A stretch of 64,000 bases of DNA from Planctomycetota bacterium (GTDB taxonomy: Bacteria > Planctomycetota > Phycisphaerae > UBA1845 > Fen-1342), in NCBI GenBank assembly GCA_040755725.1, contig JBFMAI010000032.1, positions 85,467-149,466 of the forward strand, in the 5' to 3' direction. The notes below the pieces were generated by a model. It was not told where the DNA came from, ran no database searches, and saw only the letters and a list, made by a program, of their open reading frames with translations. This document shows positions 45,041 through 54,816 of this stretch, piece by piece. The translations under genes and the position numbers were made by a program. Within the stretch, counting starts at the first letter, position 1. Each line of letters starts with the position of its first letter.

Positions 45041-46864
45041 CTACGGGTTCGTGAGGAGCTTCACGAACGGGTTGATGTCGCCGAAGTCGAAGCGGCCGTC
45101 GCCGTTGATGTCGCGGTTGGCAAACGGGCAGCCGGGGTACTGCTGCTCATACAGCGGTAGATTCGTGAGCGCGAGCACAAACGGATTGATGTCGCCGAAG
45201 TCCACGTGCCCATCGCAGTTTAAGTCGCCGACGAGCCCCGGGGCAAGAGTCACCAGCTCCCCGTCCCAGTGCACGACGCGCCCCGCGGTATCGGTCAGCT
45301 TGGCGATGACGCGATAGCCTCCCGGCGGCATGTTCGGCGGCATCAGCTCCTGCACGTCGAACACGCTTGTTTCGCCCGGATTCAACGCCACCGGTTCGCT
45401 CAGCATGAGCCAGCGACTTCCATTGGGCTCTTCGAGCCAGATGGTCAGGTCGGCGCTGCGGGTCTGCCGCGAGTTGTTCTCCACGTGCGCCACGATCTTC
45501 AGCAGGCTGTACAGGTACGCCCGCGGCGGCGTCTTCAGCCAGACGCCGAACATCCCATCCAGCGGCCGCAAGTCGTGGACCGCGTTGTTGTGGCGATTGA
45601 CACGATAGTGGCCGTGGACGATCCGCGTCGCGTCGTAGTCAAACGGGCTGGTCCAGGCGTACAGGCCCTTGCCGCTACGGGCCGCGGCCGCCAGGTCCAG
45701 CCGGTCGTCACCATTCAGGTCGCCCAGCGACAGGCCGCCGTAGTAGCTGGAGCCGGTCGCCCACGGGAAGCCGGCGACGGGGGTGCCGTTGTGGTGCCAG
45801 GCGTACACGCCGCCGGAACCGCTGGTCGGGGTGGTAACGAGGATTTCGAGGTCGCCGTCGAAGTCGAGGTCAACCAGAACGGGCGTCGCGTGGACACCGC
45901 CGGGCGTGGGGATCGGCCAGCCGGGCATGATCTTGCCGTTGGCGGCCACGACGTAGACGCTGCCGTTCTGGCTGCCGAAGGCCATCTCGATGTAGCCGTC
46001 GCGGTCGAGGTCGCCGACGGCGGGGCTGGTGTAGAGGGCGTAGGTGCCACACTTGGTCGGGAAACCGCTGACCACGGTGCCGTCATGGTGCCAAGCGTAC
46101 AGGTCGCTGCCGACGGGGGCGATGATTTCCCGGTCGCCGTCGCGGTCCAGATCGGCGATCACCGGCGAACCGACGAGGTACGTCACGACGATGGGAAAGC
46201 CCGGCACAGGCGTGCCGTCGGGGTGGACGACGGACAGGATGCTGCCGATGCCCTGCGTGGTGGCGATTACTTCGAGAATGCCGTCGCCGTCGAGGTCGGC
46301 GGCCGCCATCGTTTGTGAGCCGCCCTCGTTTGTGCTCACCTTGACGGGCCAGCCCGGCATCATCGTGCCGTCGCCTTGCAGGGCGACCAACCCGATGCTG
46401 CCGCGCGGCTGGACCAGGATTTCCAAATCGCCATCCTGGTCGAGATCGGCCAGGCACGCCGCCCCGCTCAATTCGCCGTTGACGTAGCGCGGGAAGCCGG
46501 CGACCGTCGCGCCGTTGTGATGGAAGGCGTACACGCGATAGTCGGCACAGGCGGTGATGATCTCAAAATTGCCGTCGCCGTCGATGTCGCCGACGGCGGG
46601 AGTCATGTTCCAGACGTGCCAGCCGGTGGTTTGCGGGAAGCCGGGGAAGGCGATGCCGCCGTTCTTCCAGATGTCGGTCTTGTGGTCACCGTTGGCGTGC
46701 AGCAGCTCGTCGATACCGTCGCCGTCCATGTCAAAGAACAGCGGCGCTCCGGTCTGGTCGTTGAGCGTGATCTTGGGGAAACCGGGCAGGTTCGCCTGCC
46801 CCCAGGCCCCGGGTGCGAGGCCCCACGCAAAAAGCAAAGGCAGGACAAGTCGCGGGTGACGCAT
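45041..46864 (-). CDS. Secreted FG-GAP/VCBS-repeat (integrin-alpha-like beta-propeller) protein with C-terminal tandem dockerin-like Ca-binding repeats
   Basis: Signal peptide MRHPRLVLPLLFAWGLAPGAWGQ. RBS aggaggag. Repeated GDxDGDG(N/D)xE motifs. C-terminus LVGDLNCDGHVDFGDINPFVLALTN and DINGDGRFDFGDINPFVKLLTN. Confidence 0.7.
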   Translation of the reverse strand: MRHPRLVLPLLFAWGLAPGAWGQANLPGFPKITLNDQTGAPLFFDMDGDGIDELLHANGDHKTDIWKNGGIAFPGFPQTTGWHVWNMTPAVGDIDGDGNFEIITACADYRVYAFHHNGATVAGFPRYVNGELSGAACLADLDQDGDLEILVQPRGSIGLVALQGDGTMMPGWPVKVSTNEGGSQTMAAADLDGDGILEVIATTQGIGSILSVVHPDGTPVPGFPIVVTYLVGSPVIADLDRDGDREIIAPVGSDLYAWHHDGTVVSGFPTKCGTYALYTSPAVGDLDRDGYIEMAFGSQNGSVYVVAANGKIMPGWPIPTPGGVHATPVLVDLDFDGDLEILVTTPTSGSGGVYAWHHNGTPVAGFPWATGSSYYGGLSLGDLNGDDRLDLAAAARSGKGLYAWTSPFDYDATRIVHGHYRVNRHNNAVHDLRPLDGMFGVWLKTPPRAYLYSLLKIVAHVENNSRQTRSADLTIWLEEPNGSRWLMLSEPVALNPGETSVFDVQELMPPNMPPGGYRVIAKLTDTAGRVVHWDGELVTLAPGLVGDLNCDGHVDFGDINPFVLALTNLPLYEQQYPGCPFANRDINGDGRFDFGDINPFVKLLTNP

Positions 46865-46980
46865 TTTCGAACCCTCCTCCTGGATCAGTTCTCGACCTCG
46901 CGGCCGTTGACGTGATCCGGGCCTCGGTCGGCCCCGAGGTCGGGTTGCCGGCAGGTCGGCCGCAAGGCCACCCGGCCCTT

Positions 46981-47889
46981 TCAGCATAGCGAACCCGGCG
47001 GCGGACTTGAAGTGACTTCGCCGGTTTCGGCGCGTGCTTCCGGCGACCTGTACATCAGCAGGACGCAGCCGGCCGCCAGCGACGCCAGCCCCAGCCCGGT
47101 CAGTCCCGGGCGATACCCGTCCCCCAGTGCCGGGCCCCCCGCGGACCGCAGACACAGCACCGCCACCAGCAGCGCAGCGCCGCCGGCGAGTCGACGCCAC
47201 CCCGGCGAGCGCGGCTGCACAAGCACCAGCCACAACGCCGCTACGATGATCAACTCGCGCCCCGCCGGGAAGACGGCGACGCCGAAGCTCAGCGCGCGAC
47301 CGACGTTCGCCAGCGTGGCCAACGAGAATCGCGCGCGGGTCCCCTCCGCACCGCCGGTCAGCGTTTGGTCGCCGCGGCCGGGGGACATGAGTTGGACCGT
47401 GCGGGGCGGTTCGGCGGTGGTATCCTGGGCGTCGACCCAGGTGTGCAAGAGATCGGAGACGAGCCATGCGTCGTAGCCGAGGCGACGGAGCACGGAGGCG
47501 GCGACGACGGCTTGGCCATCACAGTCCTCGCGGCCTTGCGCGAAGACCTCATCGACGGTGGGCAAGTAGTCCATGACGCCCCACGTTTCCCAGTCAAAGG
47601 CGTAGGGCACGCGTTGCCGCACGAGCGTCTCGACCGCGATGGTGGCATCGTGCAGCGGTGGGTTGGGCCCGGCGGCGTCGGCCACGCGCGCGGCGAGCTC
47701 GTTCACGGTCGGATGGCACGGATCGATGACGGCGTCCAGGTCGCTCAGACGAATGAGCCAGGCGGGAATGAGCCACACGCGTGGGAAAAGCACGAGCAAG
47801 ACAACGATGACGAAAGCACCGGTCTTGAGCGGCCAGCGTGTGCGACGCGGCCGGCGGTGCAACGCGTGCCAAGCGGCGGCGAATGGCAT
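46981..47889 (-). CDS. Membrane protein with a transglutaminase-like cysteine-peptidase core motif
   Basis: TM helices at both ends. GREDCDGQAVVAASVLRRLGYDAWLV resembles the TGase core GxCxxxAxxxxxLLRxxGIPAR. Confidence 0.45.
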   Translation of the reverse strand: MPFAAAWHALHRRPRRTRWPLKTGAFVIVVLLVLFPRVWLIPAWLIRLSDLDAVIDPCHPTVNELAARVADAAGPNPPLHDATIAVETLVRQRVPYAFDWETWGVMDYLPTVDEVFAQGREDCDGQAVVAASVLRRLGYDAWLVSDLLHTWVDAQDTTAEPPRTVQLMSPGRGDQTLTGGAEGTRARFSLATLANVGRALSFGVAVFPAGRELIIVAALWLVLVQPRSPGWRRLAGGAALLVAVLCLRSAGGPALGDGYRPGLTGLGLASLAAGCVLLMYRSPEARAETGEVTSSPPPGSLC

Positions 47890-48419
47890 AGGGGGATCAT
47901 ACCGGCCCCACGGCTGGGAAGCGGGCCGCCCGGGCAACGTCCAGGCATCTGCCGTCACGGTACATGCACTAGGGCACATATGGATAACGCGGGCAGATGC
48001 CCGCATGGAAGGCGCTCGGACCGGGCCGATAACCACTCCCGGTCCCGCGGCCCTCGGCACGACGCCGCGCGGTGAGCCCGGGGGCCTTCCGGGCGATCGC
48101 GCCGGCGGACCGCGCCCGAGGGGCCGACCGGGTGCCCGAGACCGGAGGAGACCCCGTCGTTGGCCCGGGCGTGGCGGCGCCCTTTACAATACCTAACAGA
48201 TTCCGTACAGTACGGGCGCCGGATTCGCGGACGCGAATGCCTCCCCGGTCCTTGCGGGATGGACGGGCCACGGAATCGGCTGCCACGGAGGGCAGGCCAC
48301 CCGCGCGGCAAGAGCCCGGCACGCGGAGACGCGCTCCGCGCCGGGCGTCGTGGATACCCAGGAGGTGTGGACCGTGAACACGTCACGAACCGTGGAGCCG
48401 TCGACGCTGGAACGGCAGA

Positions 48420-48743
48420 TCAGTCGGATCGCCCGCGTGTTGCCCTTTTTCGACGTGGGGGAGCTTTCCGGGCTGGCCGACTTCCTCGAGCACCGCGTCG
48501 CAGCGCGGCTTGCGCGCCCTGCACGAAAGCACGGATCTCCCCCTCGGAAGCACCCTCGTAGTCGGCCTCCCACTCGCACAGGCGGTTGAGCGCGCGCGCG
48601 CGGGCCGGCGCGTCCTCGACCATGAGCAGCAGGCCGGCGGCACAGAGCCGGGTCACCCAATGCCCGGCCAGGCGTGCCTGCTCGTACAGGAGCTTCATGG
48701 CTTCGTCGACCTGGAAGTTGATCTGCGGTTTGCGCTGCGGCAT
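48420..48743 (-). CDS. Hypothetical small protein (107 aa)
   Basis: High GC3, in contrast to the overlapping + ORF 48350..48589. Basic C-terminal tail. Confidence 0.35.
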   Translation of the reverse strand: MPQRKPQINFQVDEAMKLLYEQARLAGHWVTRLCAAGLLLMVEDAPARARALNRLCEWEADYEGASEGEIRAFVQGAQAALRRGARGSRPARKAPPRRKRATRGRSD

Positions 48744-48980
48744 GGGTGCTCCTTTCGAGGATTCCGCTAATTCCTAGGCCGGCCATTATGCACACCCCGC
48801 ACCACGCGGCAAGTCGGCGACCCGCAAAGACCCCGCCGGGCAACGGGCGACGATGGGCCCCGGTGCGGGCCCCACCAGGTGTCCTCTCCCGCGCGCCGCC
48901 GGGCGTGGCGGGGCTGTGGCGGCGGCGTGCCGCGGGTAGAATCGCCCGGACTGAAACGACTGGAACCCGAGCCGTCGGCC

Positions 48981-51900
48981 ATGAGCACGCCACCTCAAGA
49001 CCACCACAGCGCGCGCCCGCCTTCGGGAGGCTCGGACGGCGAGCCGACCCGCGTCGGGCCGGACTCCGCGGGACGGCCGGCCGACGTGGTCCCGCTCGGG
49101 CCAAGCATCGAGGGGTATGTCCTGAAGGAGGAGGTTCACCGCGGCGGGCAGGGGATCGTGTACCGGGCGATCCAGGTGGGGACCAAGCGCGAGGTGGCCC
49201 TGAAGGTGCTGCTGGAGGGGCCCTTCGCTGGAGAAATGGCCCGCCGACGCTTCGAACGCGAGATCGAGCTGGCGGCATCGCTGCGGCATCCGCACATCGT
49301 GACGATCCTCGATTCGGGGCTCAGCCGCGGGCGTTACTACTTCGCGATGGAGTACGTGGACGGCCTGCGACTCGATCGCTACGTCGCCCAGAAGCGCCCG
49401 CCGCTGGGCGACACACTGCACCTGCTGGAACAGGTCTGCGAGGCGGTCAACTACGCGCACCAGCGCGGCGTCATTCACCGCGACCTGAAGCCGCCGAACA
49501 TCCTGGTCGATGCGGGCGGCGAACCGCACATTCTAGACTTCGGCCTGGCCAAGCCGCTGCACACGGCGGCGCCGCGCGAATCCACCGTGCAGATGCTGTC
49601 GATGAGCGGGCAACTGCTCGGGACGGTGGCGTACATGTCGCCGGAGCAGGCCGCGGGGCACCAGGACGTGGACGTGCGGAGCGACGTGTACTCGTTGGGG
49701 GTCGTGTTTTACGAGGCGCTGCTGGGGCACCCCCCCTACCCGGTGGACGGGCCCCTGGGCGAGGTGCTGCGGCGGATCACGCAGGAAGAGCCCCTGAATC
49801 CGCTGGTGGCGGCGCGGCGGTCGCGCAGCGGTTTCCGCATCAACGACGAGCTGGCCACCATTCTACTGAAGGCCCTCGACAAGGTCCCGTCGCGGCGTTA
49901 CCAGACCGCCGGCGACCTGGCCCGCGATCTGCGGCACCTGCGTTTGGGCGAGCCGATCGAGGCCAAGCGGGCCAGCGGCCTTTACATGTTGAAAAAGACC
50001 CTGCGCCGCTACCAGCTTCAGGCCGCCACCGCGGGGTTGATCCTGGTTATGTTGTTCGCGTTCGTCGTGACGCTGGCGGTCCTGCTGGCCCGCGAACGGG
50101 ACGCGCGGCGACTGGCCGACCAGCGGGGGGCAGAGGCCCGGCAGGCGATGGTCCTGCAAGAACAGGCCCTGCTGGAGGCCCGCCACCGGACGGCGGAGGC
50201 CACCCGCGCGCAGCACGAGTTGCGCCGGGCGTTGGCGCGTCAGCACATTCAGCGCGGCGATCTGGCCCTCGAGCGGTCTGCCCTCTCCGAGGCCCGCGAT
50301 AGCTACTGGCAAGCGGTGGAAGTCGCGCCGACCCCGGCCGCGATGTGGGCGTTGCGTCGTTACTACCTGCAAACGACGGACGACTGGGCAGCGCTGGCGG
50401 CGGTCGAACTGAGGGGACCGGCCATCCTGTCGCCCAACGCGGCGCTCGCGGCCACCTGCCCGACGCCGGACACTGTCGCGGTTCAACGGCTGGACGGCTC
50501 CGCGCCGGACCACCGCGTGCGGGCCCCCGGTCCCGTGGCGCGGTTGGCGCTGACCGAAGACGGGGCCTTGGCGGCGGCCGGTGAGGGCTGGGCCCAGGCT
50601 TGGGAGCCGGGGCGGTTTGAGCCGAATGTCGCGGCGCACCTTCCCGAGGGTGGTCGTCCGCACGCCTTGTTTGTACTGGACGGGGGCCGGTCGTTGCTGC
50701 TCGTCGGCCAGCGGCCCGTGCGGCTGTTTCGCGGCCTGGACGGGCGCGTTGTGCAGACCATGCTGCTGCGCGGTTTGCCGGCCGGGCCCGCCGACTTCAA
50801 CCCCGCGACGCAGCAACTGGCCATCGTGACCACGGCGGGGATCGAGCTGATCTCGTTGCGCGACGACGACCGCCTGACGGGCGACCTCGTGTGGTCGGAG
50901 GCAACTGGTGCGCGGGCCATTCACTTCGACGGCGATCGTCTCGTCGTGCTGGCCGACGGCGTGTACGCGGCCTCGCTGGCGGCCCCGCTGCCCTGGACAT
51001 GGCGGAAGCTGCTCGATGCCGGGGCCGACTTTGATCTGCTCGACGCTTCGCAGGCCGGCGACAGCATCGCTCTGGGGCACCGCGGCGGACGGCTGGCCCT
51101 GTATCGCGGCGGGCAATTGCGCGGCTCCTGGCGCTCCGCCGGACGACGGCTCGAACAGGTTCGTCTCGCCGCCGGCGCGGGTGCCGTGGTGACGCTCGAC
51201 GACCGAGCGTTAATCACGCGGTGGGGAGACCCGGAAAGCCGGCAGCCGCGGCGACGGATCCATGATGCACGGCCGACGACCTGGGCGGCGTCGGCCAATG
51301 GGGCGACCGTGTTGCTGGCCGTGGAGCGCGGCCAGGTCTTGGCCTTTCAGCCTCAGGACGAAGCGCGACGCGACGCCGCCGAAGCCGGTTGGCGCACCGT
51401 ACTGCGACCCCGACTGCTGGGCTTCGGCGGAGACCTGTCGCTGGCGATCAGTGCGGACGGTCTGCGGGCCGTGGTCCGCGACCGTACCACGCTGCGTTTC
51501 ATGCATCTGCCGGACGGCACCGCGCGCTCCGTGGTGTGGGACTCCCCGGCCACAGCCCCTGGGCGAGTGGCGCTGAGCGGGGACGGGCAGTACGTCGCGG
51601 TTCTGGCCCGCACGCCGACGGGCGACCGTGAGCAGATCGTCCTGCGGCGGTGGGAGGCCCCGGAGGTAGCCAATGGGACGGGCGCGGCTCCCCCGGCCAC
51701 CGTGACGCACGATTTCGTCGGTGCCCTGGTCCGCGACATGGCGTTCCTGCCGCGCACGCCGCACCTGCTGGTGCTACGTTCCAACGGGGAGGTGCTGCGG
51801 CTGGAGGGGGGCGGCACGACGCCCGCGGCGTCACCGTGGATGCAACTCGATGCGCCCGGAACGGCGTTGGCCTGTGACCAGGGCGGCGACTACGTCGCGG

Positions 51901-53075
51901 TGGCCTGTGAAGATGGGTTGCTCCGGGTCGTCACCGTGGCCGGCTGCGACGTCCGACACCGCGTCCCCGTCAGCGGCGAGGTCATTACGCTCTCATTCAA
52001 CCCGCGCGATGACGCCTTGCTCGTGCGGACGCGCGACGGCCAGGTGCGCGTAATCGACCCGACCAGCGGGGAGACCGTGGCCACCTGGGCGTTGCCGGCC
52101 CAGTCCGCATCCGCCATCGCCGCCTGGATCGGGCCGCGTGACGCTCTGCTGTTGGGCGAAGACAGCGGCCTGTACGAGTACCGCGTCGCGGAGGCGGACG
52201 CCGCCGTCGAGCGCAACCGCGCCTTGGCCCGCGAGCAGCAGGCGGCGCGGGCGCTGGCGGGGGCCGAGTACGCGGACGCGTGGGCAGCCGCCACGGCCCT
52301 CGCGTCCAGCGATCGCCCGCGGGGCCGGCGCCTGCAACAAGCGGTGCTGGAGGCGGTGCTGCGGCGGCCGCGGCTCGCGTGCCCCGCGGAATGGACGGAC
52401 GCCGTGTTGTCGGGGGCCTCGCCGGCCACGCGACTGGCACTGGGCCACGCCGCGTATGAGGGCGAACGGTTCGCCTGGGCGCGGCAATGGCTGCGGGAGG
52501 CCACGGAGCAGGCGGGCGGTCGTGTGGATGCCTACACGCTGTTGCGGCTGGCGCAGTGCGACTACCTGGCGGAGGACTACGCCCGCGCGGCCGACGCATT
52601 CGCCGAAGTGCTGCCGCGTCCGGATTTCGACCCGGCGCAGGGCCCGCAAGTGGCGTTGCAGCGTGTGGCGGCCCTGTGGTTGGCCGGGCGGCCGGCCGAG
52701 GCGCGGCAGGCGGCCGCGCGCGTCAGCGAGCCGAGCCTGCCCGGCCGCTACGCAGACATCGTGGCCAGCACGTACGCCAGCGTGATCGCTCGGGTCATCA
52801 CGGGCATCGAACGCGAGAGCACGGCAGCGGCGCTGGTGGACAGTTTGCTGGGGGCCGTCGGCGAGCGGCGTGTACTGTTTCAGGATGACGAGCACTTCTT
52901 CGCCGGCGAGCTGGCCCGGCAACGTGGGGCGTCCGCCGAGGCGGCGGTACACTATCAACGCTGTATCGACCTGGCCCGCGACGAGTGGCCGGCGAACTGG
53001 GCGCGCTGCCGGCTGGGGCCGCCGGTCGGCGCGGCCGCGGGCCACGCCGCGGACGACGGCAAGGAGCATCTATGA
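48981..53075 (+). CDS. Giant Ser/Thr protein kinase (1364 aa): N-terminal kinase domain, one TM helix, extracytoplasmic beta-propeller-like region and C-terminal TPR repeats
   Basis: HRGGQGIVYRA, HRDLKPPNILV, DFGLAKP, TM segment LQAATAGLILVMLFAFVVTLAVLLA. The stop overlaps the purD start (ATGA). Confidence 0.85.
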   Translation: MSTPPQDHHSARPPSGGSDGEPTRVGPDSAGRPADVVPLGPSIEGYVLKEEVHRGGQGIVYRAIQVGTKREVALKVLLEGPFAGEMARRRFEREIELAASLRHPHIVTILDSGLSRGRYYFAMEYVDGLRLDRYVAQKRPPLGDTLHLLEQVCEAVNYAHQRGVIHRDLKPPNILVDAGGEPHILDFGLAKPLHTAAPRESTVQMLSMSGQLLGTVAYMSPEQAAGHQDVDVRSDVYSLGVVFYEALLGHPPYPVDGPLGEVLRRITQEEPLNPLVAARRSRSGFRINDELATILLKALDKVPSRRYQTAGDLARDLRHLRLGEPIEAKRASGLYMLKKTLRRYQLQAATAGLILVMLFAFVVTLAVLLARERDARRLADQRGAEARQAMVLQEQALLEARHRTAEATRAQHELRRALARQHIQRGDLALERSALSEARDSYWQAVEVAPTPAAMWALRRYYLQTTDDWAALAAVELRGPAILSPNAALAATCPTPDTVAVQRLDGSAPDHRVRAPGPVARLALTEDGALAAAGEGWAQAWEPGRFEPNVAAHLPEGGRPHALFVLDGGRSLLLVGQRPVRLFRGLDGRVVQTMLLRGLPAGPADFNPATQQLAIVTTAGIELISLRDDDRLTGDLVWSEATGARAIHFDGDRLVVLADGVYAASLAAPLPWTWRKLLDAGADFDLLDASQAGDSIALGHRGGRLALYRGGQLRGSWRSAGRRLEQVRLAAGAGAVVTLDDRALITRWGDPESRQPRRRIHDARPTTWAASANGATVLLAVERGQVLAFQPQDEARRDAAEAGWRTVLRPRLLGFGGDLSLAISADGLRAVVRDRTTLRFMHLPDGTARSVVWDSPATAPGRVALSGDGQYVAVLARTPTGDREQIVLRRWEAPEVANGTGAAPPATVTHDFVGALVRDMAFLPRTPHLLVLRSNGEVLRLEGGGTTPAASPWMQLDAPGTALACDQGGDYVAVACEDGLLRVVTVAGCDVRHRVPVSGEVITLSFNPRDDALLVRTRDGQVRVIDPTSGETVATWALPAQSASAIAAWIGPRDALLLGEDSGLYEYRVAEADAAVERNRALAREQQAARALAGAEYADAWAAATALASSDRPRGRRLQQAVLEAVLRRPRLACPAEWTDAVLSGASPATRLALGHAAYEGERFAWARQWLREATEQAGGRVDAYTLLRLAQCDYLAEDYARAADAFAEVLPRPDFDPAQGPQVALQRVAALWLAGRPAEARQAAARVSEPSLPGRYADIVASTYASVIARVITGIERESTAAALVDSLLGAVGERRVLFQDDEHFFAGELARQRGASAEAAVHYQRCIDLARDEWPANWARCRLGPPVGAAAGHAADDGKEHL

Positions 53076-54322
53076 ACGTGCTCGTCATCGGTTCCGGCGG
53101 CCGAGAACACGCGATTTGCCACGCGCTGGCACGCTCGGCGGAGCTGGACCGGCTCTTCATTCTGCCCGGCAACGCGGGGACCGCGACGCTCGGTACGAAC
53201 ATCCCGGGCGACGCGTGCGACATCGAGCTGGCGCTGGCCGTGGCCCGGCGCGAGCACATCGACCTGACGATCGTCGGGCCGGAGGATCCGCTGGCCGGCG
53301 GCCTCGTCGATGCCTTTGAACGAGCCGGATTGCGCATCTTCGGCCCGCGGGCTGCGGCAGCCCGGCTGGAAAGCGACAAGGCCTACGCCAAGCTGCTCAT
53401 GCGGCACCACGCGATCCCGACCGCCGAAGCGCGCATCTTCACCGAGTTCGACCTGGCCCGGCAGTACATCGCGTCGCGCGACGAGCCGGTGGTGGTCAAG
53501 GCGGCGGGCCTGGCGAAGGGCAAGGGCGTCATCGTCTGCGACGATCCCGCCGACGCGATCCTGGCCGCCGAGAACATCCTCGTGAAACGACAATTCGGCG
53601 ACGCGGGGGCGAGCATCGTGGTTGAAGAGCGGCTGCTGGGCCGCGAGGCGTCGCTGCTGGCGATTGTGGACGGCCATGTCGCCGTGTTGCTCGAGCCCGC
53701 GCAGGACCACAAGCGGCTGGGCGACCACGACACGGGGCCGAATACGGGCGGCATGGGCGCGTTCTCGCCCACGCCGGCGATTGACGAGCACGTCACGGCC
53801 CAAGTGGAGTCGCAGATTCTCGTGCCCGTGCTCGATGCCATGATTCGGCAGGACACGCCCTACCGCGGCGTGCTGTACATCGGGCTGATGCTCACCGCCG
53901 CCGGGCCGAAGGTGCTCGAGTTCAACTGCCGCTTCGGCGACCCGGAGGCCCAGGCGATCCTGCTCCGGCTGCGGTCGGACCTCCTGTCCCTGCTCCACGC
54001 CGCCGTCACCGGACGACTCGAGAGTGCGGAGATCCAGTGGGACCCGCGGCCGGCGTTGTGCGTGGTGATGGCGTCCGGCGGGTACCCGGAGAAATACCCG
54101 ACCGGCCTGCCGATTACCGGCCTGCCCGAGGACGCTGAGGACCTCGTCGTCTTTCACGCGGGAACGCGGCGCGACGGCGACCGGATCGTCACGGCCGGCG
54201 GTCGCGTGCTGGGCGTGACGGGCCTGGGCGAGACGTTGGCGGCGGCGCGGCAGCGTGTGTACGACGCCGTGCGCCGGATCCACTTCGAGGGAGCGCACTA
54301 CCGCACCGATCTCGGGGCGTGA
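53072..54322 (+). CDS. purD: Phosphoribosylamine--glycine ligase PurD
   Basis: MNVLVIGSGGREHAICHALA, ATP-grasp motifs, full length. Confidence 0.95.
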   Translation: MNVLVIGSGGREHAICHALARSAELDRLFILPGNAGTATLGTNIPGDACDIELALAVARREHIDLTIVGPEDPLAGGLVDAFERAGLRIFGPRAAAARLESDKAYAKLLMRHHAIPTAEARIFTEFDLARQYIASRDEPVVVKAAGLAKGKGVIVCDDPADAILAAENILVKRQFGDAGASIVVEERLLGREASLLAIVDGHVAVLLEPAQDHKRLGDHDTGPNTGGMGAFSPTPAIDEHVTAQVESQILVPVLDAMIRQDTPYRGVLYIGLMLTAAGPKVLEFNCRFGDPEAQAILLRLRSDLLSLLHAAVTGRLESAEIQWDPRPALCVVMASGGYPEKYPTGLPITGLPEDAEDLVVFHAGTRRDGDRIVTAGGRVLGVTGLGETLAAARQRVYDAVRRIHFEGAHYRTDLGA

Positions 54323-54342
54323 CGCCCCTTGGGAGACCCGCC

Positions 54343-54816
54343 ATGCTGTTCGTGGGCGACGTACACATCTACGTGAGCGACTTCACCCTCGCCCTGCGCT
54401 TCTGGGCCGACGGGCTCGGTCTGGAGGTGGTCGAGAAAGAGGTCAGCCCCCACAGCGCGTACGCGCGGCTCGATTTCCCGGATGGCGGACCGTCGATCCG
54501 TCTGCTCGGCCCCGTGACGCCGTGGCCCGCCGACGCCCGCCCGACGCCCGGCCTGTACCCGACCGTCCGTTTCGACATCACGACCTCGGATTTTGACACC
54601 ACCCTGGTCCGGCTGCTGGAGTGCGGCGGGCGGCAGGTGGACGAGATTGAGGCGTACAATGAGCTGCGGGCGGTGACGGTCGCCGACCCGGATGACAATC
54701 TGTTTGAATTGCTGGAGATCCACGACGAGGAACCGGGCGCCGACGACGAAGGCTGTGGCGTGCCGGCCGCCCGGGCGAAGTGTCGGCCCCCAACGCCGAA
54801 GGAGTTTCTAGAATGA
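54343..54816 (+). CDS. VOC (glyoxalase/bleomycin-resistance/dioxygenase) family protein
   Basis: MLFVGDVHIYVSDFTLALRFWADGLGLEVVE... Typical VOC beta-alpha-beta-beta-beta module. Confidence 0.6.
   Translation: MLFVGDVHIYVSDFTLALRFWADGLGLEVVEKEVSPHSAYARLDFPDGGPSIRLLGPVTPWPADARPTPGLYPTVRFDITTSDFDTTLVRLLECGGRQVDEIEAYNELRAVTVADPDDNLFELLEIHDEEPGADDEGCGVPAARAKCRPPTPKEFLE

Noticed and set aside
48193-53069. Several 350-420-aa minus-strand ORFs and nested + frame ORFs within the kinase region
   Set aside because: All lie antisense or out of frame to the 1364-aa Ser/Thr kinase, whose kinase motifs and TM segment validate the + frame.
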